From: Chrysiogenales bacterium
GTDB taxonomy: Bacteria; Acidobacteriota; Aminicenantia; UBA2199
Reading direction: 5' to 3'
DNA length: 64,000 bases
Assembly: GCA_963700535.1 (NCBI GenBank)
Contig: CAVOXU010000002.1
Coordinates: 88,094-152,093, forward strand
The translations under genes and the position numbers were made by a program. Within the stretch, counting starts at the first letter, position 1; each line of letters begins with the position of its first letter. The notes beneath the pieces are model-generated. The model made no database searches. It was given only the letters and a program-made list of their open reading frames with translations, and was not told the DNA's origin. Shown piece by piece: positions 40,258 to 51,345 of this stretch.

Positions 40258-41847
40258 ATGAAAACAAAGAAAAACAGCATCGCGACTGCCAAAAGCAAAG
40301 ATGGATTTGCCGAAAAAAATAATTCCGCCTCTTGGCCCGGCCTGTTGCAGTCGGCCATCATGTCCGCTCGCGAAGCCGTTTTCCTGACCGATCGCCAAGG
40401 AACGATCTGCTTTGCCAATCCCGCCTTTGAGAAACTGAGCGGCTACACTGTCGCCGAGGTGCTGGGAAAAAATCCGCGCCTGCTCGGCAGCGGCAGCCAG
40501 ACCCGGGACTTTTACCGCGAGTTGTGGGACCGTCTTGCCAACGGCGAATCCTGGCAGGGTGAATTCATCAACAGGAAAAAAAACGGTTGCCTGTACACCC
40601 AGGGCACATCAATTTCTCCGGTTTTCGCTGCCGATGGGCGCATCAGTCATTTTTTGGCCATTGCCGCCGACATCAGCAATGAAAAAAATGTTGAGGAACA
40701 GTTTTTTCAAGGGCTGAAAATGGATTCTCTGGGACGTTTAGCCGGGGGCATCGCTCACGATTTCAACAACCTGCTGACCATAATCAACGGCTATGCTGAA
40801 ATGCTGCTGTCCGACAGTTCCAGCAGCAGCCGGGCGCGCGAGAATGTGCAATGCATATACAACGCCGGCGAGAAAGCGGCGCGCTTGATCTCCCACATCC
40901 TGGCTTTCAGCCGCAAGCAGATCATTTATCCGCGGGTTCTGAATGTCAATGGCGTGGTGCGCGAACTGCAGCAGATGCTTCGCGGCATCCTGGGCGAGAA
41001 TATCGCCTTGCAGATAGACCTTGCCGCCGACGCCGCCCCGATCTGCATCGACTACTCCCAGCTTGAGCAGGTGATCATGAACCTGGCGGTCAATGCCCGT
41101 GATGCCATGCCTTCCGGGGGCAGGCTTATGCTGGCCAGCTTAAATTTCAGAATGGACGACGATTTTGTCGGGAATCATCTCGGCGCCAAAAAGGGCGAAT
41201 ACGTACGCTTGGAGATCTCTGACAGCGGGCGGGGCATGGCTTTGGAAGTGCAGCAGCATATCTTCGAACCATTTTTCACCACCAAGCGGCTGGGCGAGGG
41301 CAGCGGACTGGGGCTGGCCTCGGTATACGGCATCGTCAAGCAGAACCGGGGCTACATCACCTTTGACAGCGAGCCCGGCCGGGGAACGCGTTTCAGCATC
41401 TATTTTCCCAAGCATGAATATCTGGATCTGGATGAGGTAGGGGATGGGTCCGGCCTAAAGAAACCTCCCTTTGCCGGTCGCACCGTCCTTTTGATAGAAG
41501 CAGACGATACGGTGCGCAAGCTGACCGAAAAAGTAATGCTGGCGGCCGGATTCCAGGTAATGGAATCGGTGAATTGGCCGCTGGCCGTACGCCTGGTAAA
41601 GGAGGACCGCCACCAACTCGACCTGATTGTGGCCGATGTCCTGGTTCCGGAAATGCCCGGCTGGGATGCTGCGAAAAAAATACTGGCCGCCCACCCTGAA
41701 GCCAGGGTGCTGCTTACCTCCGGCTATTCTGAAAAACGGTTGCTGCTGCCCGGGAAGCCCGGCCAGAATATCCATTTCATCTGCAAACCATACAACCGCC
41801 AGGAATTGCTGGAAAAAATCGCCGAGATCCTGGCTAAAAAAGATTGA
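40258..41847 (+). CDS. Hybrid sensor histidine kinase (PAS, HisKA/HATPase, C-terminal receiver)
   Basis: PAS region, H-box GIAHDFNNLL, G-boxes, and a receiver domain with a conserved Asp. Confidence 0.8.
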   Translation: MKTKKNSIATAKSKDGFAEKNNSASWPGLLQSAIMSAREAVFLTDRQGTICFANPAFEKLSGYTVAEVLGKNPRLLGSGSQTRDFYRELWDRLANGESWQGEFINRKKNGCLYTQGTSISPVFAADGRISHFLAIAADISNEKNVEEQFFQGLKMDSLGRLAGGIAHDFNNLLTIINGYAEMLLSDSSSSSRARENVQCIYNAGEKAARLISHILAFSRKQIIYPRVLNVNGVVRELQQMLRGILGENIALQIDLAADAAPICIDYSQLEQVIMNLAVNARDAMPSGGRLMLASLNFRMDDDFVGNHLGAKKGEYVRLEISDSGRGMALEVQQHIFEPFFTTKRLGEGSGLGLASVYGIVKQNRGYITFDSEPGRGTRFSIYFPKHEYLDLDEVGDGSGLKKPPFAGRTVLLIEADDTVRKLTEKVMLAAGFQVMESVNWPLAVRLVKEDRHQLDLIVADVLVPEMPGWDAAKKILAAHPEARVLLTSGYSEKRLLLPGKPGQNIHFICKPYNRQELLEKIAEILAKKD

Positions 41848-41903
41848 AAAAGGATCAAGCAAGTGAAAAATACCTGGATAAAGACTCGGTATAAGCTGTA
41901 AGA

Positions 41904-42040
41904 CATACGGTTTACGGCGAAGAAAATAACATCAAAATCCAGCCTTAGTCCCGGCAATTTCTTTGTCAGCCGTTTGCCGTGCGTCGTTTCCGTCCGCCGA
42001 ACTCTTCAACCTCGAACTTCGAACAGCGAACCTTTTTGAC
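41904..42040. repeat. Intergenic element, locus E, a mosaic of D-type (acgg) and C-type (cgaac) arms
   Basis: catacggtttacggcg pairs with gccgtttgccgtgcgtcgtttccgtccgccg. It is followed by caacctcgaacttcgaacagcgaacctttttgac. Confidence 0.6.
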
Positions 42041-42118
42041 ATTCGTCCCGGGCTATGTTACCATTGCCTTTCACTTTGGCTTCCCGGCCAATCCGTTCGG
42101 ATGAAAGAGGTGTGAAAC

Positions 42119-42745
42119 ATGTTCAAATCCCTGGTTCCGAAAAACGAAATTTTTTATGAACTCTTCGACCAGATCAGCGCCAATACGGTCGAAGGTGTGC
42201 AGACCCTGGTCAAAATGCTCGACGACTGTGAGCATTACAACGAGTACGCTGTCAGCCTGAAGTCGCTGGAGCACCAGACCGACCTTTTGGTGCACAGCGT
42301 CATGTCGCACCTGCACAAGACATTCGTCACGCCCATCGACCGCGAAGACATCCACCAGCTGGCCTCTCGCCTGGACGACATCCTGGACCTGGCCGAAGCC
42401 GCCAGTTCGCGCATCGATCTCTACCGTCCCTGCGCCGTGCCGCGCGAAGCCAAGGAACTGAGCCACGTGCTGCTGGAAAGCGTCAAGCTGGTCAAGGAAA
42501 TGGTCGGCCTGCTGCGCGTACTGAAAAAACCGGCGCGCATCATGGAACTGACCGTGGAGATCAACCGCCTGGAGGACCAGGCCGACTACATCCGCCGCAG
42601 CACCCTGGCCCGTCTTTTCCGCGAGGAAAAGGACCCCTTCGAGCTGATCAAGTGGAAGGATATCCTGGAATACATCGAACGGGCCACCGACCGCTGCGAG
42701 GACGTGGCCGACATCACCGAAGGCATCGTCCTGGAAAATACTTGA
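42119..42745 (+). CDS. DUF47 (PhoU-like) family protein, partnered with Pit
   Basis: 208-aa helical protein immediately upstream of the PiT transporter. Confidence 0.7.
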   Translation: MFKSLVPKNEIFYELFDQISANTVEGVQTLVKMLDDCEHYNEYAVSLKSLEHQTDLLVHSVMSHLHKTFVTPIDREDIHQLASRLDDILDLAEAASSRIDLYRPCAVPREAKELSHVLLESVKLVKEMVGLLRVLKKPARIMELTVEINRLEDQADYIRRSTLARLFREEKDPFELIKWKDILEYIERATDRCEDVADITEGIVLENT

Positions 42746-42758
42746 CCGAATAAGCACC

Positions 42759-43757
42759 ATGATGATCCTGATCGTTTTCATTGTTTTTCTCGCCCTGCTT
42801 TTTGATTTCATCAACGGCATGAACGATGCCGCCAATTCGGTGGCGACCATCGTTTCCACGCGCGTCCTCTCCCCGCGCCAGGCCGTGCTTTGGGCGGCTT
42901 TCTTCAACTTTGTCGCCGCCTTTCTTTTTGGCGTGCACGTGGCCAACACCATCGGCAAAGGGATAATTGATTCGCGAGTCGTTTCCGCCCCCATGATCCT
43001 GGCTACTTTGATCGGTGCCATTGTCTGGTCATATTTGTGTACCCACATGGGATTGCCGATCAGCATCTCGCACGCCCTGGTTGGCGGCCTGGTCGGCGCC
43101 GCCCTGGCCAAAGGCGGCATCAAGGCGCTGGTCGTTTCAGGGCTGTTGAAGATCTCCCTGTTCATCGTCCTGGCGCCGCTGATCGGAATGCTGCTGGGCT
43201 ATATGCTCATGATCCTGGTCATGTGGATCTGCCACAAGCGTGCGCCGCGGACTGTGGACCACTGGTTCCGCCGTCTGCAGCTCTTTTCCGCCGCCCTGTA
43301 CAGCCTCGGCCACGGCACCAACGATGCCCAGAAGACCATGGGGGTCATCGCCATGCTGCTGTACTCCACCGGCCACCTGGGTTCAACTTTTTATGTGCCG
43401 GTGTGGGTGATCCTGAGCTGCCACGCGGCGATCGCCCTGGGCACCTTGAGCGGCGGCTGGAAGGTGATCGAGACCCTGGGCATGAAAGTGACCAAGCTCA
43501 AGCCCGTGCACGGCTTCAGCGCCGAGACCGCCGCGGCGGGATCCATCCTTATGTCTTCATTATTGGGCGTCCCGGTATCCACCACCCATACCATCACCGG
43601 GGCCATCATCGGCGTCGGCGCCACCACCCGCCTGTCGGCCATCCGCTGGGGGCTGGCCTATCGCATAGTCTGGGCCTGGATCCTGACCATCCCGGGATCG
43701 GCCCTGGTCGCGGCCCTTTGCTGGTACGGCATATCGCTGCTGCACCTTCCCGGCTGA
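42759..43757 (+). CDS. pit: Inorganic phosphate transporter, PiT family
   Basis: GMNDAANS and GTNDAQKTMG signature motifs. Confidence 0.85.
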   Translation: MMILIVFIVFLALLFDFINGMNDAANSVATIVSTRVLSPRQAVLWAAFFNFVAAFLFGVHVANTIGKGIIDSRVVSAPMILATLIGAIVWSYLCTHMGLPISISHALVGGLVGAALAKGGIKALVVSGLLKISLFIVLAPLIGMLLGYMLMILVMWICHKRAPRTVDHWFRRLQLFSAALYSLGHGTNDAQKTMGVIAMLLYSTGHLGSTFYVPVWVILSCHAAIALGTLSGGWKVIETLGMKVTKLKPVHGFSAETAAAGSILMSSLLGVPVSTTHTITGAIIGVGATTRLSAIRWGLAYRIVWAWILTIPGSALVAALCWYGISLLHLPG

Positions 43758-43917
43758 GTGGAAGGAAGTATTCATAATTGGAGGATAACGATCCTACGGC
43801 GAACGTATTGCATGCGGCAAGCAAGAGAAACATGGCATACAGGAATCTTTTAGTAACTTGAACAAGCTTATTTTTTTAAAACGGAACTCTACAATTTGAT
43901 CGGCTTCGATTCCGGGG

Positions 43918-43945
43918 TTGACAACACCTGGAAAGTTGGTAAAAT
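43918..43945 (+). promoter_or_regulatory. Sigma-70-like promoter upstream of the pst operon
   Basis: TTGACA, 16-nt spacer, TAAAAT. Confidence 0.45.
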
Positions 43946-44004
43946 GAAACTTAATTAATCTCCAAAACAATTTCAACAATCATTTAAATTGCAAGGAGAA
44001 AAAA

Positions 44005-44887
44005 GTGGCACAAAAAAAATGGATATTTTTTGGCAATAGGCCTCTAGCCTGGCGCTGGGTCTCTGGTTCTCCGGCTGCGGCCGGCAGGGGCAAGAAGGCC
44101 GATTCTCTCCAGATCAAGGGCTCGGACACCATGGTCAACCTGGGCCAGGCCTGGGCCGAAGAGTTCATGAAAGCGAATCCCAAGGTGTCGGTGGCCGTCA
44201 CCGGCGGCGGTTCGGGCACGGGCATCGCCGCCATGCTTTCCAACACATGCGACATCGCCGAACTCTCGCGCGAGCTCAAGCCCGAGGAGATCGCCATGGC
44301 CAAAAAGAAGGGCTTCGAGCCAAAACAGATCGTCGTGGCCCTGGACGGGCTGGCCGTGGTGGTCCATCCCGCCAACCCGCTGTCGCAGCTGACCCAGGAC
44401 CAGTTGGCCGCGATCTTTTCCGGTTCCGTCAGCAATTGGAAAGACGTCGGCGGCAGCGACCTGCCCATCGTGGTCCTGTCGCGCGAGGTCAACTCCGGCA
44501 CCCATGTCTATTTCAAGGAGCACGTGCTGCGCCGCAACCGCAAGGAGAGCCAGGTGGAATTCGCCGCCAATGCCCTGATGCTGCCCAGTTCCCAGGCCAT
44601 CGCCGACGAAGTGGACCAGAATCCCAGGCGCCATCGGCTATTACGGCATGGGCTACATTTCCCCGAAGGAAAAAGCCCTGGCCATCGCCAAGGATGCCGA
44701 TTCTCCATATGTTCAGCCTACCATTGAAAATGTCGTCAGCCAGGCTTATCCCATTTCGCGTCCGCTGCTCATGGTCAGCCGCGGCCAGCCCACGGGACTG
44801 GTGGCCCGCTTTATCGATTTTATACTCAGCCCGGAAGGACAAAAGATCGTGGTCAAGATCGATTTCGTGCCGGTGAAAAGCAATTAA
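44005..44887 (+). CDS. pstS: Phosphate ABC transporter substrate-binding lipoprotein PstS, with about four frame breaks
   Basis: The lipoprotein signal (..LALGLWFSGCGRQGQEG) is spread over three frames in 44010-44110. The core is SLQIKGSDTMVNLGQAWAEEF. Another frame break near 44627 joins ORF 44648..44887. Confidence 0.8.
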
Positions 44888-44893
44888 ACAAAG

Positions 44894-45775
44894 ATGAAAC
44901 CCATTCGGGTCCGCAAGCTGAAGGAATGGCTCATAGAAAGATCCATTTTGCTCAGCGGCATATTTTCCGTTGTTTTTGTGTTGCTGATATTCCTTTTCTT
45001 GCTGCGCGAAGGACTTTCCCTTTTTCGCGGCGAAAGCGTGATCGATTTTCTTTTCGGCAAGAGCTGGTACCCCATCTCCGATCCGCCGCGCTTCGGCATC
45101 CTGCCGCTTATCCTCGGCTCGCTGCTGGTCACTTTGGGAGCGGCCGCCATTTCGGTGCCCATCGGCATCGCCGCCGCGTTGTATATCGCCGAGATCGCTC
45201 CGCGGCGGCTCAAAGAGGTCCTGAAGGCCGGCATTGAACTCCTGGCCGCCATCCCCTCGGTGGTCATCGGCTTCATCGGCATGATCACCCTCGGGCCCTG
45301 GATCAAAAATATTTTCAACATCCCTACCGGGCTGACGGCCCTGACCGGCTCGGTCACCCTGGCCTTCATGGCCATGCCCACCATCGTTTCCATCGCCGAG
45401 GATGCCATCACCGCCGTGCCGCGGCAATACCGCGAAGCGGCCATCGCCATGGGAGCCACCAAGTGGCAGACCACCTGGCGCATCGTGGCCCGCGCCGCCC
45501 GCCCGGGCATGCTGGCCGCGGTCATGCTGGGCATCGGCCGGGTAATCGGCGAGACCATGGCCGTGATGATGGTCACCGGCAATGCCGCCATCATCCCCAC
45601 CAGTTTCCTGCAGCCGGTGCGCACCCTGACCGCGACCATCGCCGCCGAAATGGGCGAGTCGGTGCAGGGAGGGCCTCATTACGCCGCCCTGTTCGCCATC
45701 GGCATCGTGCTCTTTGTCATCACCTTCCTGATCAACGGTGTGGCCGATCTTTACCTGCACCGCTCGCGCCGCTAG
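44894..45775 (+). CDS. pstC: Phosphate ABC transporter permease PstC
   Basis: Six-TM permease with the EAA loop. Confidence 0.85.
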   Translation: MKPIRVRKLKEWLIERSILLSGIFSVVFVLLIFLFLLREGLSLFRGESVIDFLFGKSWYPISDPPRFGILPLILGSLLVTLGAAAISVPIGIAAALYIAEIAPRRLKEVLKAGIELLAAIPSVVIGFIGMITLGPWIKNIFNIPTGLTALTGSVTLAFMAMPTIVSIAEDAITAVPRQYREAAIAMGATKWQTTWRIVARAARPGMLAAVMLGIGRVIGETMAVMMVTGNAAIIPTSFLQPVRTLTATIAAEMGESVQGGPHYAALFAIGIVLFVITFLINGVADLYLHRSRR

Positions 45776-45777
45776 CC

Positions 45778-46624
45778 ATGAACGCGCGCCTGGCCCAGAA
45801 GATCGCTTTTGCGCGTCCTGCTGCTGGCCACCCTGCTGGTGGTGCTGCCGGTGCTGGTCATCCTGCTGATCATCGTGGTCAAAGGGGCCAGCGCCATCAG
45901 CTGGGATTTCCTTTTTTCCATGCCCCGCGACGGCATGACCGCCGGCGGCATTTTTCCGGCCATCCTGGGCACGCTCTACCTGGTGATCGGGGCCATTATC
46001 TTTGCCGTGCCGCTGGGCGTCATGGCCGCCGTTTACCTGGTCGAATATTCCAGCGACAACTGGCTGTCGCGCCTGGTCAAGTTGTCCATCGTCAACCTGG
46101 CCGGCGTGCCGTCGGTGGTCTACGGCCTTTTCGGCCTGGGGATCTTTGTCACCTTCTTCGGTTTCGGCGCCTCGATCCTGTCCGGGTCGCTGACCCTGGG
46201 CATCATGATCCTGCCGGTGATCATCACCTCGTCGCGCGAAGCGCTGGAAAGCGTGCCCCGGCATTTCCGCACCGTAAGCCTGTCGCTGGGAGCCAGCCGC
46301 TGGCAGACCATCCGTCATTCGGTGCTGCCGCACGCCTTGCCGGGAATTTTGACCGGCATGATCCTCGGCCTGGGCCGCGCCGCCGGCGAGACCGCCCCCA
46401 TTCTCTTCACCGTGGCCGCATTTTACCTGCCGCGCCTGCCGCAGTCGATTTTCGATCAGACCATGGCTTTACCCTACCACCTGTACGTCATATCCACTCA
46501 GGTGCCTGGAATAGCCGAGAACGTCCGCTACGGCACGGCGCTGGTACTGCTGTCCCTGGTGCTGTTGCTCAACCTGGCCGCCATCCTGATCCGCTCCCGT
46601 TTCCGCAGGAAGAAAAAATGGTAG
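45778..46624 (+). CDS. pstA: Phosphate ABC transporter permease PstA, with a frameshift near 45812
   Basis: MNARLAQKIAF (frame 1) joins LRVLLLATLLVV... (frame of ORF 45809..46624). Confidence 0.8.
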
Positions 46625-47379
46625 ATCCGGCCGCCAAGTTCTCCATTCGCGCTTTCCATGTCCAATACGGCCAGTTCAGCGCCCTGCGCGACCTGAACCT
46701 GGAAATCATGGCCAACGAAATATTCACCGTCATCGGGCCGGCCAATTCCGGCAAAACCACTTTCCTCAATTCCCTGAATCGTTTGATCGACCTGGTCCCG
46801 GTCAGCCGCTGCAGCGGCGAGATCAAATTGGATGGAGTAGATATCCGCCGCAGTCTGGAAGTCGAAGCCTTGCGCCGCAAGGTCGGCATTGTATTTGCCC
46901 TGCCGCTACCGCTGCCCATATCAATTTTTGAAAATGTGGTCTACGGCCTGCGCATGCAAGGCATACGCGATGCGCGGCGCCTGAATGAAGCGGTAGAGAG
47001 AAGCCTCAGCGAATCGTATCTTTGGGAGGAGGTTAAAGACCGTTTGCGTACGCCGGCCATGAACCTTTCCGGCGGTCAGCAGCAGCGTTTGTGCATGGCC
47101 CGCATCCTGGCCGGCCAACCTGATGTGCTGCTTTTCGATGAACCAACCTCGGGGCTGGATCCGATTTCCACGGCCAGGATCGAGGAGACCCTGTTGATCT
47201 TGAAGGAAAAGTACACCATAGTGCTGGTGACCAACAACATAGCCCAGGCGGCCCGGGTTGGTGACCGCACTGCATTTTTTCTGATGGGGGACATGATCGA
47301 AGTGAGCGACACGGGCAAGATGTTCACCACGCCGGCCGATCAGCGCACCAGCGATTACATAACCGGCAAGTTTGGCTGA
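46618..47379 (+). CDS. pstB: Phosphate ABC transporter ATP-binding protein PstB
   Basis: Walker [25 protein letters not shown], Walker B. Overlaps the pstA stop (ATGGTAG). Confidence 0.9.
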   Translation: MVDPAAKFSIRAFHVQYGQFSALRDLNLEIMANEIFTVIGPANSGKTTFLNSLNRLIDLVPVSRCSGEIKLDGVDIRRSLEVEALRRKVGIVFALPLPLPISIFENVVYGLRMQGIRDARRLNEAVERSLSESYLWEEVKDRLRTPAMNLSGGQQQRLCMARILAGQPDVLLFDEPTSGLDPISTARIEETLLILKEKYTIVLVTNNIAQAARVGDRTAFFLMGDMIEVSDTGKMFTTPADQRTSDYITGKFG

Positions 47380-47380
47380 C

Positions 47381-48138
47381 ATGAACGAGATCAGTATAGA
47401 AACCCGCGCCCTGGACCTTTTTTACGGCGATTTCCAGGCCCTTACCGGGATCGATCTGCGCATACCCGTCCGCCAGGTGACCGCCCTGATCGGGCCCAGC
47501 GGCTGCGGCAAGAGCACCCTGCTGCGGGTGTTCAACCGCATGAACGACCTGATCGACGGCGTGCGCGTCAAAGGCCAGGTCATTATCGACGGCCAAGACA
47601 TCTTCGCCCCCGGAGCCGACCTGCTCCGCCTGCGCGAAAAGGTGGGCATGGTCTTTCAGCGCCCCAATCCCTTTCCCCTTTCGGTTTATCGAGAACATTG
47701 TATTCGGCCTGGCCGTGCATCGCCTGGCGCGGCGGCAGGATTACGACGGCATAGTCGAACAGGCTTTGCGCAGCGTCCTGCTTTGGGATGACCTCAAGGA
47801 CCGGCTGCACCATTCGGCATTGAAACTGTCGCTGGAACAGCAGCAGCGCCTGTGCATCGCCAGGGTACTGCCTTTGAAACCGCAGATACTGCTCATGGAC
47901 GAACCCTGTTCAGCGTTGGATCCCGTGGCCACGCTGCATATTGAGGACCTGATGCAGAGACTGAAAAAAGAGTATACCATCGTCATTGTCACCCACAACA
48001 TGCAGCAGGCGGCCCGGGCCTCGGACCGCACCGGCTTCCTCTACCTTGGCAAGCTCATCGAGTTCGCTGAAACCGAAAAATATTCACCAAGCCGGCTCAG
48101 ACCATGACCGAAAACTACATCAGCGGCCGTTTCGGCTG
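47381..48138 (+). CDS. pstB: Second PstB paralog, with frameshifts near 47688 and 48073
   Basis: [24 protein letters not shown]. The C-terminus [21 protein letters not shown] is recovered by a 1-nt shift in an A-run. Confidence 0.8.
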
Positions 48139-48155
48139 AAACCAGGAGAAAGAAT

Positions 48156-48805
48156 ATGGCAAGAGAACATTTTCAAAACATGTTGCGCGGGCTGGAACAG
48201 GAACTGGTGGCAATGGGGGAGATGGTCATCACTGCCATCGACCGCTCTATCCAGGCGCTTAAGAACGTCGACAAGGCCGAAGCCGAACGCATCATCGCCG
48301 ACGATGCCCTGATCAACCAGCGGCGCTGGGACATCGAAAATCAATGCATCCAGCTTTTTGCCACCCAGCAGCCCGTGGCCGGTGACCTGCGTGAGATCGT
48401 GTGCCCTCATCGATGATCACCAACCTGGAGCGCATGGCCGACCACGCCAAGGGCATCGCCACCATCGTGGTCAGGCACGATCAGAAGCCGCTGCTCAAGC
48501 CGCTGATCGATATCCCGCGCATGGCTGACAAGGCCCGCGAAATGATCCAGAAAAGCCTGACCGCCTTCATCACCCAGGATGTGGAAGCGGCCGCTGCCAT
48601 CATTGAAATGGACAACGAAGTGGACGCTTTATACGATCAGATCTTCCGCGAGCTTCTGACCTACATGATGGAGGATCCCAAGACCATTACCCGCGCCGTC
48701 TACCTGATCTGGGTAAGCCACAACCTGGAACGCATCGCCGACCGCGTGACCAACATCTGCGAACGGATCATCTTCATGGTCACCGGCGAGATCCAATCGG
48801 ATTAA
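48156..48805 (+). CDS. phoU: Phosphate signalling regulator PhoU, with a frameshift near 48400
   Basis: Two PhoU repeats. ORFs 48156..48416 and 48401..48805 are contiguous. Confidence 0.8.
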
Positions 48806-48899
48806 ACCGCAAAGAAAACTGACCAAGTGATTTTCCTGTCAAAATAATCTGCGGCGATTCCGATTCAATGAAAAAAATATTTTTTATTTTTTATTTCTA

Positions 48900-48928
48900 T
48901 TGACACGTGTTTAAAAACAAACTATATT
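48900..48928 (+). promoter_or_regulatory. Sigma-70-like promoter of the kamA operon
   Basis: TTGACA, 17-nt spacer, TATATT, followed by a GGGAGG Shine-Dalgarno and a TTG start. Confidence 0.45.
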
Positions 48929-48956
48929 CTTAATTGAAAAGTGGGAGGCAATAAAA

Positions 48957-50282
48957 TTGAAAAAAGCCAATCAGGTGATGGCCATGAAGGAAGCTGAACT
49001 TCCCAGTGAGGAGGCTGAACCTCCAAGCAGGGCGCTGCTGGAGGAAAGCAACAACCTCGCCCCGTCGTTGCTCTTTCCCGAGTTAATACAATTCCCCAAT
49101 TCCAAACCCGACAAAACAGTTCTGAAGATAGGAGCTCGTTCACTGCAGTTCCTGAGAAAATATTTTCCTTTAGCGACAAAGGATGACTGGAATAATTGGG
49201 AATGGCAGCTGCGCAACAGCATCACCAGCTTGAAAGCACTGCAGCAATTTCTGCAGCTGTCCGATGATGAGGTGCAAGCCATGACCGTGCAGAGCGGCAG
49301 CCTGCCCCTGCGCGTCACCCCCTATTATGCCAGCCTGCTCGATCCACTTGACTCCATGCAGCCGCTGCGCCGCAGTGTCGTGCCGGTAACCGCCGAGCAC
49401 CTGATCTCCTGCGGTGAAGCCGCCGACCCGCTGGGTGAGGACTCCCACAGCCGCGTCCCCGGCCTTGTGCATCGCTATCCCGACCGGGTACTTTTGCTGG
49501 TCACCGGTTTCTGTTCGACCTATTGCCGTTATTGCACCCGCTCGCGCCTGGTGGGCGACCAGAACAAGCGCCATCTCAACCACGAACAATGGGACCGGGC
49601 CCTTTCCTACATCGAACTGAATCCTGCCGTGCGCGATGTCCTGCTCTCCGGCGGTGACCCGCTGACCTTGCCCGATGAAAGCCTTGAATACCTGCTGACC
49701 CGTTTGAGCCGCATCCCCCACGTGGAATTCGTCCGCATCGGCACCAAGGTGCCTGTGACCATGCCGCAGCGCATCACCCATTCGCTGGTCAATATATTGA
49801 AACGTTTCCGTCCCCTGTGGATGAGCATCCATTTCACCCACCCTGACGAGATCACTCCGGAAAGCATTCAGGCTTGCGAGCGGCTTGCTGATGCCGGCAT
49901 CCCCTTGGGCAGTCAGACCGTGCTGCTGAAAGACATCAACGATTCGCTGCCGGTCATGAAAAAATTGATGCATGAACTGCTCAAGATCAGGGTCCGTCCA
50001 TATTATATGTACCAGTGCGATCCCATCGTCGGATCTTCACATTTCCGCACCCCGGTGGAAAAAGGCCTGGAGATAATCGAAGGCCTGCGCGGCCACACCA
50101 GCGGCTACGCCGTTCCCCATTACGTTATCGATGCCCCGAACGGCGGCGGCAAGATCCCGCTGCTTCCCGATTATTACCAGGGCCGGGCCGACGGCAACGT
50201 ATTGCTGAGAAACTACCAACAAAAAATATACCGCTACCCCGATCAGAAGAGCGAAGGATCGGCGCCGGGAGAGGGCTTGTAA
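48957..50282 (+). CDS. kamA: L-lysine 2,3-aminomutase (radical SAM/PLP, KamA family)
   Basis: CSTYCRYCTR radical SAM cluster. Strong collinearity with clostridial KamA. Both lysine-specifying Asp residues are present (YQCDP, VIDAPNGGGK). Confidence 0.85.
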   Translation: MKKANQVMAMKEAELPSEEAEPPSRALLEESNNLAPSLLFPELIQFPNSKPDKTVLKIGARSLQFLRKYFPLATKDDWNNWEWQLRNSITSLKALQQFLQLSDDEVQAMTVQSGSLPLRVTPYYASLLDPLDSMQPLRRSVVPVTAEHLISCGEAADPLGEDSHSRVPGLVHRYPDRVLLLVTGFCSTYCRYCTRSRLVGDQNKRHLNHEQWDRALSYIELNPAVRDVLLSGGDPLTLPDESLEYLLTRLSRIPHVEFVRIGTKVPVTMPQRITHSLVNILKRFRPLWMSIHFTHPDEITPESIQACERLADAGIPLGSQTVLLKDINDSLPVMKKLMHELLKIRVRPYYMYQCDPIVGSSHFRTPVEKGLEIIEGLRGHTSGYAVPHYVIDAPNGGGKIPLLPDYYQGRADGNVLLRNYQQKIYRYPDQKSEGSAPGEGL

Positions 50283-50366
50283 AAGCCGGTGCCCGTCTGA
50301 AAAACCGCTTGCGTATTTTTATCAGGTGGAATAAAATCACCATGAAATCCAAACGCAGAGGAACCC

Positions 50367-51345
50367 ATGAACATCGGTTTAACCTATGATCTGAGACAGG
50401 ATTACCTGGATGCAGGATACAGCGAAGAACAAACCGCTGAGTTCGACAGTCCCGCCACCATTGCCGCCATTGACAAAGCGCTTATCGCCATGGGGCACAA
50501 GACCATGCGCATCGGCAATGTGAAAAGCCTGGTTCAGCGGCTGGCCGCCGGCGAGCGCTGGGATATGGTCTTCAACATCTGCGAAGGCATGTTCGGGCTG
50601 GGACGCGAGGCCCAGGTGCCGGCCCTGCTCGATGCCTACCAGATCCCCTATACCTTTTCCGGCCCCCTGGTGCTGGCCCTTACCCTGGACAAGGCCCTGA
50701 CCAAGCGTGTGGTCCGTTCCCTGGGCGTGGCCACCCCCGATTTCGCCGTGGTTGCGGCCAAGGAGGATATCGCCGCCGTTGATCTGCCCTTTCCCCTTTT
50801 TGCCAAGCCCCTGGCCGAAGGCACGGGATTGGGCATCGATGCCAGGTCCAAGATAGATTCCCGCCGGCAGTTGACATGCCGTCTGTTGCGAATTACTGGA
50901 AAAATTCAAGCAGCCGGTGCTGGTGGAGACCTATCTGCCCGGTCGGGAGTTCACCGTCGGCATTGTCGGCAGCGGCACTGCGGCCGAGGCCGTCGGCGTG
51001 ATGGAAGTTTTTTTGAAGCCCGAGGCCGAAGCCAATGCCTATTCATATGTCAACAAGGAGAACAGCGAGGAATTGGTCCAGTACGCGCTGGCGCCCGAGG
51101 CCGAGGCCTCAGCTTGCCGGGATGTGGCTTTGCGGACCTGGCGCGGCCTGGGTTGCCTTGATGCCGGCCGCGTCGACTTGAAAATGGACAGGAACGGTGC
51201 CGTTAATTTCATAGAGGTCAATCCCCTGGCCGGCTTGCATCCCGAGCACTCCGACCTGCCGATCATCTGCAGCCTGGTGGGCATCCCCTTCCAGGCGCTG
51301 ATGGAGAGGATCATGGCTTCCGCCGGCCGCAGGACGCGCCCATGA
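50367..51345 (+). CDS. ATP-grasp ligase, D-Ala-D-Ala-ligase-like, with a frameshift near 50875
   Basis: Ddl-like N-terminal and central domains. The C-terminal ATP-grasp block (LVETYLPGREFTVGIV...FIEVNPLAG) is in ORF 50917..51345. Confidence 0.7.

Noticed and set aside
45463-47379. 638-aa ORF spanning pstC-pstA-pstB as a possible fusion protein.
   Set aside because: Its first ~380 aa are an Arg/Pro/Gly-rich read-through in the wrong frame of pstC/pstA. Only the C-terminal 253 aa (46618..47379) is the real PstB.
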